This document shows, in pieces, positions 1-7,930 of a DNA stretch of 19,014 nucleotides. Under the pieces are notes generated by a model, which did not search any database, was not told where the DNA came from, and saw only the letters and a program-made list of their open reading frames with translations. The DNA comes from an archaeon (GTDB taxonomy: Archaea; Iainarchaeota; Iainarchaeia; Iainarchaeales; CSSED10-239), in assembly GCA_035390665.1 (NCBI GenBank), contig DAOOUC010000012.1, positions 1 through 19,014 on the forward strand, given 5' to 3'. Positions within the stretch are counted from its first letter, which is position 1; each line of letters opens with the position of its first letter. A program made the translations under genes and the position numbers.

Positions 1-1
1 A

Positions 2-370
2 AGAGAAAGGAATTTTGGTTTATTGACAGGGAATACAAAAGAAGAATTCGGATTTGATAAATATCAACCATTTCCTGCAATATGGATTGATAATCCTGAA
101 ATTTTAAAAAAATATAAAATAGAAACAAAAACAGATATGTTAAAAAGAGCAAAAGAATTTATTGATGAAGTTTATGAAAAGCACAAGAATGATACAGTAG
201 TATTAGTAAGCCACGGAAGTTTTAGTAAAGCCCTTACTGCCGTGATTATTGGAAAAGATTATTCTGAAGTAGAAATGTTATCAAATACAGGGGTTTCGAT
301 CTTTGAAATTGATGAAGATAAAAATCATAAGATAATTCTTCATAATTGTACTAAACATTTAGATATGTGA
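2..370 (+). CDS. Histidine phosphatase (phosphoglycerate-mutase-like) family protein, 5' end cut by the window edge
   Basis: The frame stays open back to base 2 (RERNFGLLTGNTKEEF...), so the TTG at 23 is probably not the true start. ERNFG..G and VVLVSHGSF resemble the substrate-loop and C-terminal SHG catalytic-His motifs of the histidine phosphatase superfamily. TGA stop at 368-370. Confidence 0.65.
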   Translation, partial: RERNFGLLTGNTKEEFGFDKYQPFPAIWIDNPEILKKYKIETKTDMLKRAKEFIDEVYEKHKNDTVVLVSHGSFSKALTAVIIGKDYSEVEMLSNTGVSIFEIDEDKNHKIILHNCTKHLDM

Positions 371-375
371 TAAAT

Positions 376-1137
376 ATGAAACAATATAGCTACGAACAAA
401 CATGTAAATATTATGACTTGCTTGAAACAAGTGAAAAAGATAACAAGGAAAGAAATTCTTTTCTGGAAAGAGCTTTTAAAAAATATAAAATTAAATCAAT
501 CTTTGATTTGACTTGTGGAACAGGGGCTCAAGCAATCTATTTTCTTAAAAAAGGCTATAAAATAAAAGCAAGCGACTACTCCAAAGGAATGATTGATGTT
601 GCTAACGATAAGTTACATAAACTTAAAAGAAAAGAAAAGTTTCTTGTAGGAGACATGAGAACAATTAAGTTTGGTAAAGCTGATGCAGTAATAACAATGT
701 TTAATGCTATCGGCCATCTTTCAAAAACAGATTTTGAAAAAGCCCTTTCCAATTTTAAAGAAAATCTAAAACCTAAAGGATATTATATATTTGATATATA
801 CAATCTTAATGAGATGCCAAATGGACTTCCAAAACACAAACATATAGATAATGTTGTTTCTAAAGATAATCTTTATATTGTAAGATATTGTACAAATAAA
901 TTAAACATGAATACAGGAAAGATTACAACAATTCATGAATGGCACATACAACAAGACATGAATCCTTATAATATTATTAAAAACAAATGGGATATGCAAC
1001 TGTATGTCTATAAAGAACTAAAAGAAATACTTGAAAGAAACGGCTTTAAAGTTTTAGAAGTTTATGGAAATGCAAAAATGTCAAAATTTAAAGACAAAAC
1101 AAGTGAAAGCATTTATTTGATAACACAAAAACAATAA
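376..1137 (+). CDS. Class I SAM-dependent methyltransferase
   Basis: Motif I is IFDLTCGTGAQAIYFLKKGYKIKASDYSKGMIDVA (D-x-G-x-G-x-G followed by an acidic residue at the end of beta-2). Post-motif region is DAVITMFNAIGHL...LKPKGYYIFD. I chose the ATG at 376 (MKQYSYEQ); the GTG at 367 is an alternative start overlapping the upstream stop. Confidence 0.85.
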   Translation: MKQYSYEQTCKYYDLLETSEKDNKERNSFLERAFKKYKIKSIFDLTCGTGAQAIYFLKKGYKIKASDYSKGMIDVANDKLHKLKRKEKFLVGDMRTIKFGKADAVITMFNAIGHLSKTDFEKALSNFKENLKPKGYYIFDIYNLNEMPNGLPKHKHIDNVVSKDNLYIVRYCTNKLNMNTGKITTIHEWHIQQDMNPYNIIKNKWDMQLYVYKELKEILERNGFKVLEVYGNAKMSKFKDKTSESIYLITQKQ

Positions 1138-1144
1138 ACCTGAA

Positions 1145-1164
1145 GAAGTATTTATAAATACTTC
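1145..1164 (+). terminator. Perfect 20-bp palindrome GAAGTATTTATAAATACTTC, 8 nt after the methyltransferase stop
   Basis: The sequence is its own reverse complement. It lies between the stop at 1137 and the argF upstream region, so it could be a hairpin terminator or a dimeric-regulator site. It is AT-rich, so chance occurrence is not negligible. Confidence 0.3.
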
Positions 1165-1323
1165 GCTACTTCATATTTAAAATGAAAAATATTTTTGGTT
1201 TTGAACGGCATTTCTCTTCAAAATCAACATCTTTTTTTATTATTCTCAAATTCTATTTCTTCAAAATCAATTTTTTTTCTCTTTCTTTCAGACTAGCTAA
1301 TAAAAAATGGGGGTTGAATATCT

Positions 1324-2271
1324 ATGACTAGACATCTTTTGACCTTACTAGATTTTAGTAAAGAAGAAATTATGGAGATTCTGGAGTTATCAAAGAAGAT
1401 AAAATCAAATCCAGAGAAATTTTCAGACAAGATAAAAGGAAAAAGTGTATACATGTACTTTGAAAAGAGTTCAACAAGAACTATGGCTTCAATGTATGCA
1501 GGAGTTAATGCCATTGGAGGGCAAGCTTTTGTTCTAACTAACGCTCAGTTTTCTGTTGGAAAGGAATCACTTGCAGATACTGTTAAAACCTTAGAAAGAT
1601 ATACTTGTGCTCTTGCTGGAAGAGTGTATAAACAAGAACTTCTTGAAGAGTGGGCTAAATATTCTAAAGTTCCAGTAATAAATCTTCTTTCTGATAAATA
1701 TCATCCTTGTCAGGCACTAGCAGATTACTTAACAATTTTAGAACACACAGGAGCAATTTACTCAGATGGAAAGATTAATACTGAAAAGATAAAACATACA
1801 AGTGTGGCTTTTATTGGTGATGGAAACAATGTTTGTGCTTCTCTTGCCATATGTGGATTAAAATTAGGATTTACTGTTAGAGTAGCAACTCCAAAAGATT
1901 ATGAACTTGAAAATAATTCAAGAGTAAAAGAGTTTTTAGAAGATTATAAAGATAAAAAATATTTTTCAAGTAATGAACCAAAAGAGACGGTAAAAGAAAC
2001 AGACTTTGTTTACACAGATGTTTGGACATCAATGGGGCAAGAACAAGAAAAGGAAGAAAGATTAAAGTTATTTAGACCATATCAGATTAATGAAGAGTTA
2101 ATTGGTTTAACAAACAATGCTAAGTTCTTACATTGTCTTCCAGCTGAACGTGGAAATGAAGTTACTGCAGGAGTCATTGATGGAAAGAACAGTATTGTTT
2201 TTGATCAAGCAGAAAATAGACTTTGGACAGAAGCCGCAGTAATTTTATATTTAAATAATATTAGGGGGTAA
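1324..2271 (+). CDS. argF: Ornithine carbamoyltransferase (OTCase-type transcarbamylase)
   Basis: Carbamoyl-phosphate motif FEKSSTRTM, HPCQALAD, ornithine-binding DVWTSMG and HCLPAERG. 315 aa is the typical OTCase length. GGGGGT ribosome-binding-like motif upstream of the ATG. Confidence 0.85.
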   Translation: MTRHLLTLLDFSKEEIMEILELSKKIKSNPEKFSDKIKGKSVYMYFEKSSTRTMASMYAGVNAIGGQAFVLTNAQFSVGKESLADTVKTLERYTCALAGRVYKQELLEEWAKYSKVPVINLLSDKYHPCQALADYLTILEHTGAIYSDGKINTEKIKHTSVAFIGDGNNVCASLAICGLKLGFTVRVATPKDYELENNSRVKEFLEDYKDKKYFSSNEPKETVKETDFVYTDVWTSMGQEQEKEERLKLFRPYQINEELIGLTNNAKFLHCLPAERGNEVTAGVIDGKNSIVFDQAENRLWTEAAVILYLNNIRG

Positions 2272-2275
2272 AAAA

Positions 2276-3202
2276 ATGAAAGAAATAAAACACATAATCT
2301 CAATTCATGATCTGGATAGAGAACAAATGGATTATATTTTGTCTTTAGCAAAAGACATAGAAGATAAACCAGAAAAATATAAAAACATCTTAGCAGGAAA
2401 AGTAATTGCAAGTCTTTTCTTTGAACCATCTACAAGAACTAAAATGTCTTTTGAAACAGCAGTTAAAAAGCTTGGAGGAAACACTATTGGTTTTGAAGAT
2501 GTACAAAATACTTCGGCAAAGAAAGGTGAAACTTTTTCTGATTCGATTAAAGTAATTGCTGGTTATTCTGATCTTGTGGTTATGAGAACAAAGATTGAAG
2601 GTGCTTCTCGCCTAGCTAGTGAAATTGCAAACAAACCAATAATCAATGGAGGAGATGGCACAAACCAACACCCCACACAAACACTTCTTGACCTTTATAC
2701 AATTAAGAAAGAAAAAGGAAAGCTTGAAGGATTAACTCTTGGTTTCTTTGGAGATTTAAAATATGGAAGAACAGTTCATTCTTTAGTTGAAGCAATAACT
2801 CTTTATAATCCAAAGAAAATAAAATTTATTGCTGCTCCTCAATTCCAGATAGGAAAGGACTATCTTGAGATGCTTGACAGTAAAGGAATAAAATATGAAG
2901 TATTGGACGATGCTAAAGGTAATCTTAAAGATCTAGATATACTTTATGTTACAAGAACACAACTTGAAAGAATTGTTGAACCAATTGATTTAGAACCATT
3001 AAAGAAGAAATACACCATTTCTAGGACACTTTTGGAATCTGAAGGCAACCCTGATATTTTAGTAATGCATCCACTTCCAAGAGTCTATGAGATAACAACT
3101 GATGTTGATAACACATCACATAATATTTACTTCAAGCAAGCAGACAATGGTGTGCCAATTAGAGAGGCAATAATTTGTATTCTTTTAAAGGTGATAAAAT
3201 GA
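2276..3202 (+). CDS. pyrB: Aspartate carbamoyltransferase catalytic subunit
   Basis: FFEPSTRTKMSFE, HPTQTLLDL, RTQLERI and HPLPRV motifs. 308 aa. Starts 4 bp after argF and is followed by pyrI. Confidence 0.92.
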   Translation: MKEIKHIISIHDLDREQMDYILSLAKDIEDKPEKYKNILAGKVIASLFFEPSTRTKMSFETAVKKLGGNTIGFEDVQNTSAKKGETFSDSIKVIAGYSDLVVMRTKIEGASRLASEIANKPIINGGDGTNQHPTQTLLDLYTIKKEKGKLEGLTLGFFGDLKYGRTVHSLVEAITLYNPKKIKFIAAPQFQIGKDYLEMLDSKGIKYEVLDDAKGNLKDLDILYVTRTQLERIVEPIDLEPLKKKYTISRTLLESEGNPDILVMHPLPRVYEITTDVDNTSHNIYFKQADNGVPIREAIICILLKVIK

Positions 3203-3645
3203 GTGAAAGAAAAGTAGGAACAATAAATAACGGAGTAGTAGTAGATCACATCATCTCAGGAAAAGGAACAGAAATTTCAAAAATTTTAGGGCTTGATTCT
3301 CTTGGAGAGTTTGTGGTAATTGCAAGTAATCTAGAAAGCAAGAAATCAGGAAAAAAAGATCTAATCAAGATAGAAGGAAAAGAACTTAGCCAAGAAGAAC
3401 TAAATAAGATTGCTTTGATTTCTAAAAATTCCACCATCAATATCATAAGAAATGGTGAAGTCTATAAGAAATACAAAGTAGAAATTCCAGAAACTATAGA
3501 AAATATACTTGTATGTAACAATCCATATTGTATAAGCAATCAAGAGAAGATAAAAAGCAAGTTTACAAGTACAACAGAAAAAGACAAAACTACATTAAAA
3601 TGTCATTACTGTGAAAAGAAACAAAATGAAATAAAGATAAAATAA
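3199..3645 (+). CDS. pyrI: Aspartate carbamoyltransferase regulatory subunit
   Basis: The ATG at 3199 overlaps the pyrB TGA (ATGA) and has AGGTGAT upstream. N-terminal VGTINNGVVVDHI allosteric-domain pattern. C-terminal four-Cys zinc domain CNNPYC...CHYCEK. Confidence 0.9.
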   Translation: MSERKVGTINNGVVVDHIISGKGTEISKILGLDSLGEFVVIASNLESKKSGKKDLIKIEGKELSQEELNKIALISKNSTINIIRNGEVYKKYKVEIPETIENILVCNNPYCISNQEKIKSKFTSTTEKDKTTLKCHYCEKKQNEIKIK

Positions 3646-3648
3646 TCT

Positions 3649-4503
3649 TTATTTCTTTTTAACAATTATAAGCATATGACTAGAGATATCTGCTGCTGTT
3701 CTTGTTGTACAAAGTTTTTCGTGTGCTTCTAGCCAGTTTCTCTTTATTTTTTTATCTTTCAACTCAGCATATTCTTTTTCTTGAGCAGAAGCAAAGCCTT
3801 CAAGTCCAGCAATCTCTAATTGTTTTACTTTGTTTTTAGGGAAAAGCTTTTCAAGTTCATCAACTGTAAAAAAATGACAGAAAGAAATACTTTTGCCAGA
3901 ACTTTTTATAGACCCCCAATTATAATCGTCTCCATCTATTGATAATCTTTTAAAATTATTAGTGTCTTTTACTTCTTCTGGCCATCTTTTTATTGCACTA
4001 AGAAGTATTGCATATTTTCCCATTACTGAAACAAAAATGGGTGCGTTCTTTTTAGCAACTCTAATTAATTCATTTACTGCTTTCTGTCTTTCATTTTCTT
4101 TAACATGAGATAATGGGCCTCCAAGGCAAATAACTGCATCAAAGGAATTGTCTTTAAATTGAGATAAATTAACAATTGTTCCTTGAATAAAATCTTTAAC
4201 TTTTTTTTCTTGTTTTTCCTCTTTAACTTTTGTTTTTGCAAGTTCTACATTCCCTTTAGAAAAATCTAAAAGGACAATATCATAACCTTTCTTTGCTAAA
4301 TCAATTGTATATCTTCCAGGACCAGCTCCTGCATCTAATATTAAACCTTTCTTAGGCAAATGTTTTTTAAGAAAAATCTGAGTGGTATCCCATTCAAGTT
4401 TGTGATAAGGATCTCTTACAAGTCTATTCCACTCATAGTCTGCATCTTTATCATAGTAGTTTTCTATAGATTTAGAGATGTCTTTTATTTTTTTTATAAC
4501 CAT
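3649..4503 (-). CDS. Class I SAM-dependent methyltransferase
   Basis: LILDAGAGPGRYTIDLAKKGYDIVLLDFS (motif I plus an acidic beta-2 end), then FDAVICLGGPLSH. Convergent with pyrI, leaving a 3-bp gap. Confidence 0.85.
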   Translation of the reverse strand: MVIKKIKDISKSIENYYDKDADYEWNRLVRDPYHKLEWDTTQIFLKKHLPKKGLILDAGAGPGRYTIDLAKKGYDIVLLDFSKGNVELAKTKVKEEKQEKKVKDFIQGTIVNLSQFKDNSFDAVICLGGPLSHVKENERQKAVNELIRVAKKNAPIFVSVMGKYAILLSAIKRWPEEVKDTNNFKRLSIDGDDYNWGSIKSSGKSISFCHFFTVDELEKLFPKNKVKQLEIAGLEGFASAQEKEYAELKDKKIKRNWLEAHEKLCTTRTAADISSHMLIIVKKK

Positions 4504-4563
4504 ACGGATTTATGAATCAATTATTTTATAATATTATTTGTAATATATATTATTGTGATAATC

Positions 4564-5586
4564 ATGTCAGAAATATATTTTAAAACAATTGAAAGTTATT
4601 CAAATACAGAAGAGATTAATAAAGCAGTTTTAGAGCTATTTAAAAAACTTAATCCTGGCTTTACTGGAAACCTTGCAATCAAAGTGCATTTTGGAGAAGA
4701 AGGGAATAAAACTTTTATTTCTCCTAAAAACTATGAACATCTTATTCATTATCTTAAACTAAATAAATGCCTTCCAGTCTATATTGAAACTAATGTTTTA
4801 TATAAAAGTAGAAGAACCTCAAAAGAATCACATATAGAGCTTGCAAGAGAACACGGTTTTACAAATCTTCCAATTGTTATTGCTGATGGAAATGCTGGAG
4901 AAGAAATGCAAGAGGTTGAAATTAACAAAAAACATTTTAAAACTTGTAAAGTTGGTAAAGCCTATAAAGATTATAATCAACTAATAGTTATGTCTCATTT
5001 TAAAGGACACGGACTTTCAGGGTTTGGAGGAGCAATCAAGCAACTTGGTATGGGGTTTGCTGCAAGAGCAGGAAAACTTGCCATGCATTCTAATTCTAAA
5101 CCAATAATCAATCCATTAAAATGTAAGAAATGTCATCTTTGTGAACAGAATTGCCCAGTTAATGCTATAACTATTGGATTAATTCCACATATTGATATCA
5201 AGAAATGTATTGGGTGTGCTAAATGTATATCTATTTGTCCACATGGGGCATGTACTGTTAATTGGATATCAACTCTTCCAGGAACCTTTGAAGAAAAACT
5301 TTGTGAGTATGCTCTTGCTGCTACAAAAGTAGGAGATAAAAGTCAAATAATCTATATTAATTTCTTACTTAACATTACAGACAATTGTGACTGTATGAAA
5401 ACAGCAAAAATAATTGCAAAAGACATTGGTATTCTTGCAGGAACTGATCCAGTTGCTCTTGATAAAGCATGTTATGATCTTTTAACCAAGAAAGAAAACA
5501 AGAAAGTCTTCGGTGGAGAAAAGACTTTTGATTATGCAGAAAGTATTGGTTTAGGAAAAAAAGAATACACTTTAAAAGAAATCTAA
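4564..5586 (+). CDS. DUF362-type Fe-S protein with two 4Fe-4S ferredoxin motifs
   Basis: Two CxxCxxCxxxCP clusters (CKKCHLCEQNCP and CIGCAKCISICP). The N-terminal part, LAIKVHFGEEGN...SHFKGHGLSGFGGAIKQLGMG, is typical of the DUF362/COG2768 family as I recall it. I preferred the ATG at 4564 over the GTG at 4555. Confidence 0.75.
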   Translation: MSEIYFKTIESYSNTEEINKAVLELFKKLNPGFTGNLAIKVHFGEEGNKTFISPKNYEHLIHYLKLNKCLPVYIETNVLYKSRRTSKESHIELAREHGFTNLPIVIADGNAGEEMQEVEINKKHFKTCKVGKAYKDYNQLIVMSHFKGHGLSGFGGAIKQLGMGFAARAGKLAMHSNSKPIINPLKCKKCHLCEQNCPVNAITIGLIPHIDIKKCIGCAKCISICPHGACTVNWISTLPGTFEEKLCEYALAATKVGDKSQIIYINFLLNITDNCDCMKTAKIIAKDIGILAGTDPVALDKACYDLLTKKENKKVFGGEKTFDYAESIGLGKKEYTLKEI

Positions 5587-5599
5587 AGATAAGATATTT

Positions 5600-6406
5600 A
5601 TGAGTCCTATAAGATTACCTAAGGCATTTAGTTTTTTAAGAAGGCCAGTTAAAAAAAAACAATTAACTAAAAGACCATTTGGTAAAGAAAGAGAATTGCA
5701 AAAACAAGTAAAAGAAATGGTTGATAAAAAAAGAGAAGACACTTGGAAAAGAAAAGGGACAATAGAAAGATATTCTGAAATATTTGAAAGCAGATTAAAT
5801 TCTGAGCCAATAGATTTTTTAATAAAAAAAGAAAATAAAAATCCAGAAATCTTAATTGGTGGAGCAGCAAGAGGAGAATATATTGTTCCATTAAGAAAAG
5901 AGCTTATAGAAAGAGGGTTACATCCAGAGATTGATGTTTTTAATATTAGTCCAACAAATGGAACTGCAAACCAGATTATAAGAAGAGACCTATCTATTGG
6001 GCAAGCACTTGAAACAATATCTAGTAAACCAAAAGAATATTCTTCTCAAATTAATAAATTAAAAGAAAGATTTGATTTAGCTATTTTTGCAAGCGGTGCT
6101 GGAATGCATACACTATATCCTGCATTTAATGTATTTAATGCTGCTTTAATGCTAAAGAAAGGCGGAAGAGCATATATAGAAATACCAACACAAAGATTTT
6201 TAGAAATACAAAGTATAAAAAATAAAGAAACATATCCTTCTTCTCAAGTAAAAAGAATACAAAAACAAATTTCAGAAATAGATAAAGTTGTTTTGAGAAT
6301 GTTAAGTGCTTATTCTAAAAGAGATGTAAGTAATGAATATGAAATAAAGAAATTATTAAGATCTAAAACAAGAAATGGAATATTTATTAGAATTGAAAGA
6401 AAATAG
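5600..6406 (+). CDS. Hypothetical protein with a very basic N-terminus and a possible degenerate Rossmann/methyltransferase-like core
   Basis: Long ORF with coding-like composition. The spacing of ILIGGAARGEY...IDVFNIS...FDLAIFASGAGMH...LKKGGRAYIE loosely mimics class I methyltransferase motifs I, II and post-III, but no canonical GxGxG is present. Confidence 0.5.
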   Translation: MSPIRLPKAFSFLRRPVKKKQLTKRPFGKERELQKQVKEMVDKKREDTWKRKGTIERYSEIFESRLNSEPIDFLIKKENKNPEILIGGAARGEYIVPLRKELIERGLHPEIDVFNISPTNGTANQIIRRDLSIGQALETISSKPKEYSSQINKLKERFDLAIFASGAGMHTLYPAFNVFNAALMLKKGGRAYIEIPTQRFLEIQSIKNKETYPSSQVKRIQKQISEIDKVVLRMLSAYSKRDVSNEYEIKKLLRSKTRNGIFIRIERK

Positions 6407-6410
6407 TTTT

Positions 6411-6429
6411 TATTTTTTTGAAAAAAATA
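6411..6429 (+). terminator. T-run inside a 9+1+9 palindrome (TATTTTTTT-G-AAAAAAATA), 5 nt after the stop
   Basis: Oligo-T tracts serve as archaeal termination signals. The arms are perfect reverse complements. It is low-complexity AT sequence, so support is weak. Confidence 0.3.
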
Positions 6430-6505
6430 ATATTTCCATAAAACAAACATATATAAAGATTTAATTTACTAATTATATTAATTAAATTTATTTTGGCGAA
6501 TAGTA

Positions 6506-6595
6506 ATGAATATTAAAAAAAAAGCCCTCTCACCAATAATTGCAACAATACTTTTAGTTGTTGTTTCTGTCATTCTTGTAACCGTAATTATGTCT
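6506..6595 (+). other. Class III (prepilin/preflagellin-type) signal peptide
   Basis: Basic residues KKK, then a small residue (Ala7), then LSPIIATILLVVVSVILVTVI. This matches the archaeal [KR]-[GA] / L-S-P-[VI]-I-A-T-x-L-L pilin N-terminus. I predict peptidase cleavage between A7 and L8. Confidence 0.7.
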
Positions 6596-7927
6596 TTTGG
6601 ACAAAGTTTTACTGCTCAAGGGTTAGATAAGACAAAAGACATAAAAGAACTATCACAATCAGATGCAGAACACTTTGTTTACCCTAAAACTTTTTCTAGT
6701 GGAGTGATGCAATTTAATTATTCTCCTCCAAACAACAGTTTTGGAGATGTTCAAATAACTAAATACAAGATACTATATGATAATAATGAAACATCTGAAA
6801 TAACCTTAACTAATCCACACACACTAAGCACAGGAACAAATCTTTTAAATCTTGAAGATTTTTCTGATCAAAATATAACCTCTAATAAATTTACAATAAT
6901 TTTAGAAACAGAAGACAATGAATATATTACTTTAAAAAACATAACAAATCCTTTTCCTTATGTTGAACCAGAACCCTATATTCCCCAAGAATATTTTACA
7001 GAAGCATTAAGTCCAGGAACAATGGCAGATGATGCAACGATAGGTACACAGGCCTGGAGTAGTCTGGATTATTCAAAAGCAAGTGATAATAGCTATTCTA
7101 GTGTTAATATGGGGAACGTTGTGAATGGTACATTTTCGGGATATACAACCCATTATCTTAAAGCAAATAATTTTGGTTTTAATATTCCTACTGGCGCAAC
7201 AATAAATGGTATAAAAGTAGAAATTGAGAAATATACCTTTGGGCCATATATTAGTTGGGATTTAAAAATAGTAAAAGCAGATGGATCTATAGGAGATACA
7301 AATATGGGAAGTGGAACTTGGCCAACACCATCAGATCCAAATACCTATGAAACATATGGTTCAGATACAAATGTGTGGGGGGAAACATGGACTGCAGAAA
7401 ATATTAATGATTCTGATTTTGGAGTAGTAATCTCTATTATTGGTCTTTCACAGATGGGGGGATGTTTAAATGAAAATACTTTAATAGCAACGGAATTTGG
7501 GCAGAAAGCAATAACTGATTTAAATATTGGGGATTTAGTTATTTCTTATAATGAAAATACAAAACAATTAGAATTAAAACCAATAATAAATATTTGGTCG
7601 GTTCCAATATCTAATGTAAATAGCAGATATTTTTATATTTATTACAATAATGGGCAATTAATAAAAGCCACAGAAAATCATAAATTCTATATTGATGGAA
7701 ATTATGTGAGAGCAGATGAATTAAATGTTGGGGATAAATTATTATCTAATGATTTTAAAGAATATCCTATAGAAAATATAGAAATTGTAGAAAACACAAC
7801 AGATTATGTTTGGGATATTGAAGTAGAAGATAATCACAATTTCTTTGCTAATAATATTTTAGTTCATAATTTAAACTATTATGCTTATGTAGATCATATT
7901 CGTATGACTGTTTATTATACAAATTAA
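6506..7927 (+). CDS. Secreted archaeal type IV pilin-like protein with an embedded Hint (intein-like) domain
   Basis: N-terminus MNIKKKALSPIIATILLVVVSVILV is a class III signal peptide pattern. The middle is a beta-rich S/T/N/G region with several N-x-S/T sequons. Residues 320-455 form a Hint domain, followed by an 18-aa tail. Confidence 0.8.
   Translation: MNIKKKALSPIIATILLVVVSVILVTVIMSFGQSFTAQGLDKTKDIKELSQSDAEHFVYPKTFSSGVMQFNYSPPNNSFGDVQITKYKILYDNNETSEITLTNPHTLSTGTNLLNLEDFSDQNITSNKFTIILETEDNEYITLKNITNPFPYVEPEPYIPQEYFTEALSPGTMADDATIGTQAWSSLDYSKASDNSYSSVNMGNVVNGTFSGYTTHYLKANNFGFNIPTGATINGIKVEIEKYTFGPYISWDLKIVKADGSIGDTNMGSGTWPTPSDPNTYETYGSDTNVWGETWTAENINDSDFGVVISIIGLSQMGGCLNENTLIATEFGQKAITDLNIGDLVISYNENTKQLELKPIINIWSVPISNVNSRYFYIYYNNGQLIKATENHKFYIDGNYVRADELNVGDKLLSNDFKEYPIENIEIVENTTDYVWDIEVEDNHNFFANNILVHNLNYYAYVDHIRMTVYYTN
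7463..7870 (+). other. Mini-intein-like Hint domain (136 aa, no homing endonuclease insert)
   Basis: Block A is C320-LNENTLIA and block B is ATENH (T-x-x-H). Block F is YVWDIEVEDNHNFFANN and block G is ILVHN455. The next residue is Leu rather than Cys/Ser/Thr. Confidence 0.8.
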
Positions 7928-7930
7928 TTT

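Noticed and set aside
1182-1331. 49-codon upstream ORF (MKNIFGFERHFSS...) overlapping the argF start, as a possible leader peptide
   Set aside because: It has no ribosome-binding motif and no enrichment of Arg codons that would suggest attenuation. It is a T-rich, low-complexity translation, so it is probably fortuitous.
1293-1514. 73-aa ORF on the - strand overlapping the argF start
   Set aside because: It is antisense to a strongly supported OTCase gene. Its F/I/L/S-rich composition is typical of the reverse complement of K/E/N-rich AT-rich coding sequence. I saw no motif.
2205-2429. 74-aa antisense ORF across the argF/pyrB junction
   Set aside because: It overlaps two well-supported genes on the opposite strand and is a low-complexity L/F/C-rich peptide.
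3246-3446. 66-aa antisense ORF inside pyrI
   Set aside because: Embedded in pyrI on the opposite strand, with no supporting signals.
5667-5891. 74-aa antisense ORF inside the 5600-6406 gene
   Set aside because: L/F-rich mirror of a K/E-rich coding region. The + strand ORF is more than three times longer.
7463-7873. Calling the Hint domain a canonical, splicing-competent intein
   Set aside because: The +1 residue is Leu (TTA 7871-7873) and no Cys/Ser/Thr follows. There is also no homing-endonuclease insert. I therefore report it as intein-like/BIL-like rather than as a standard mobile intein.
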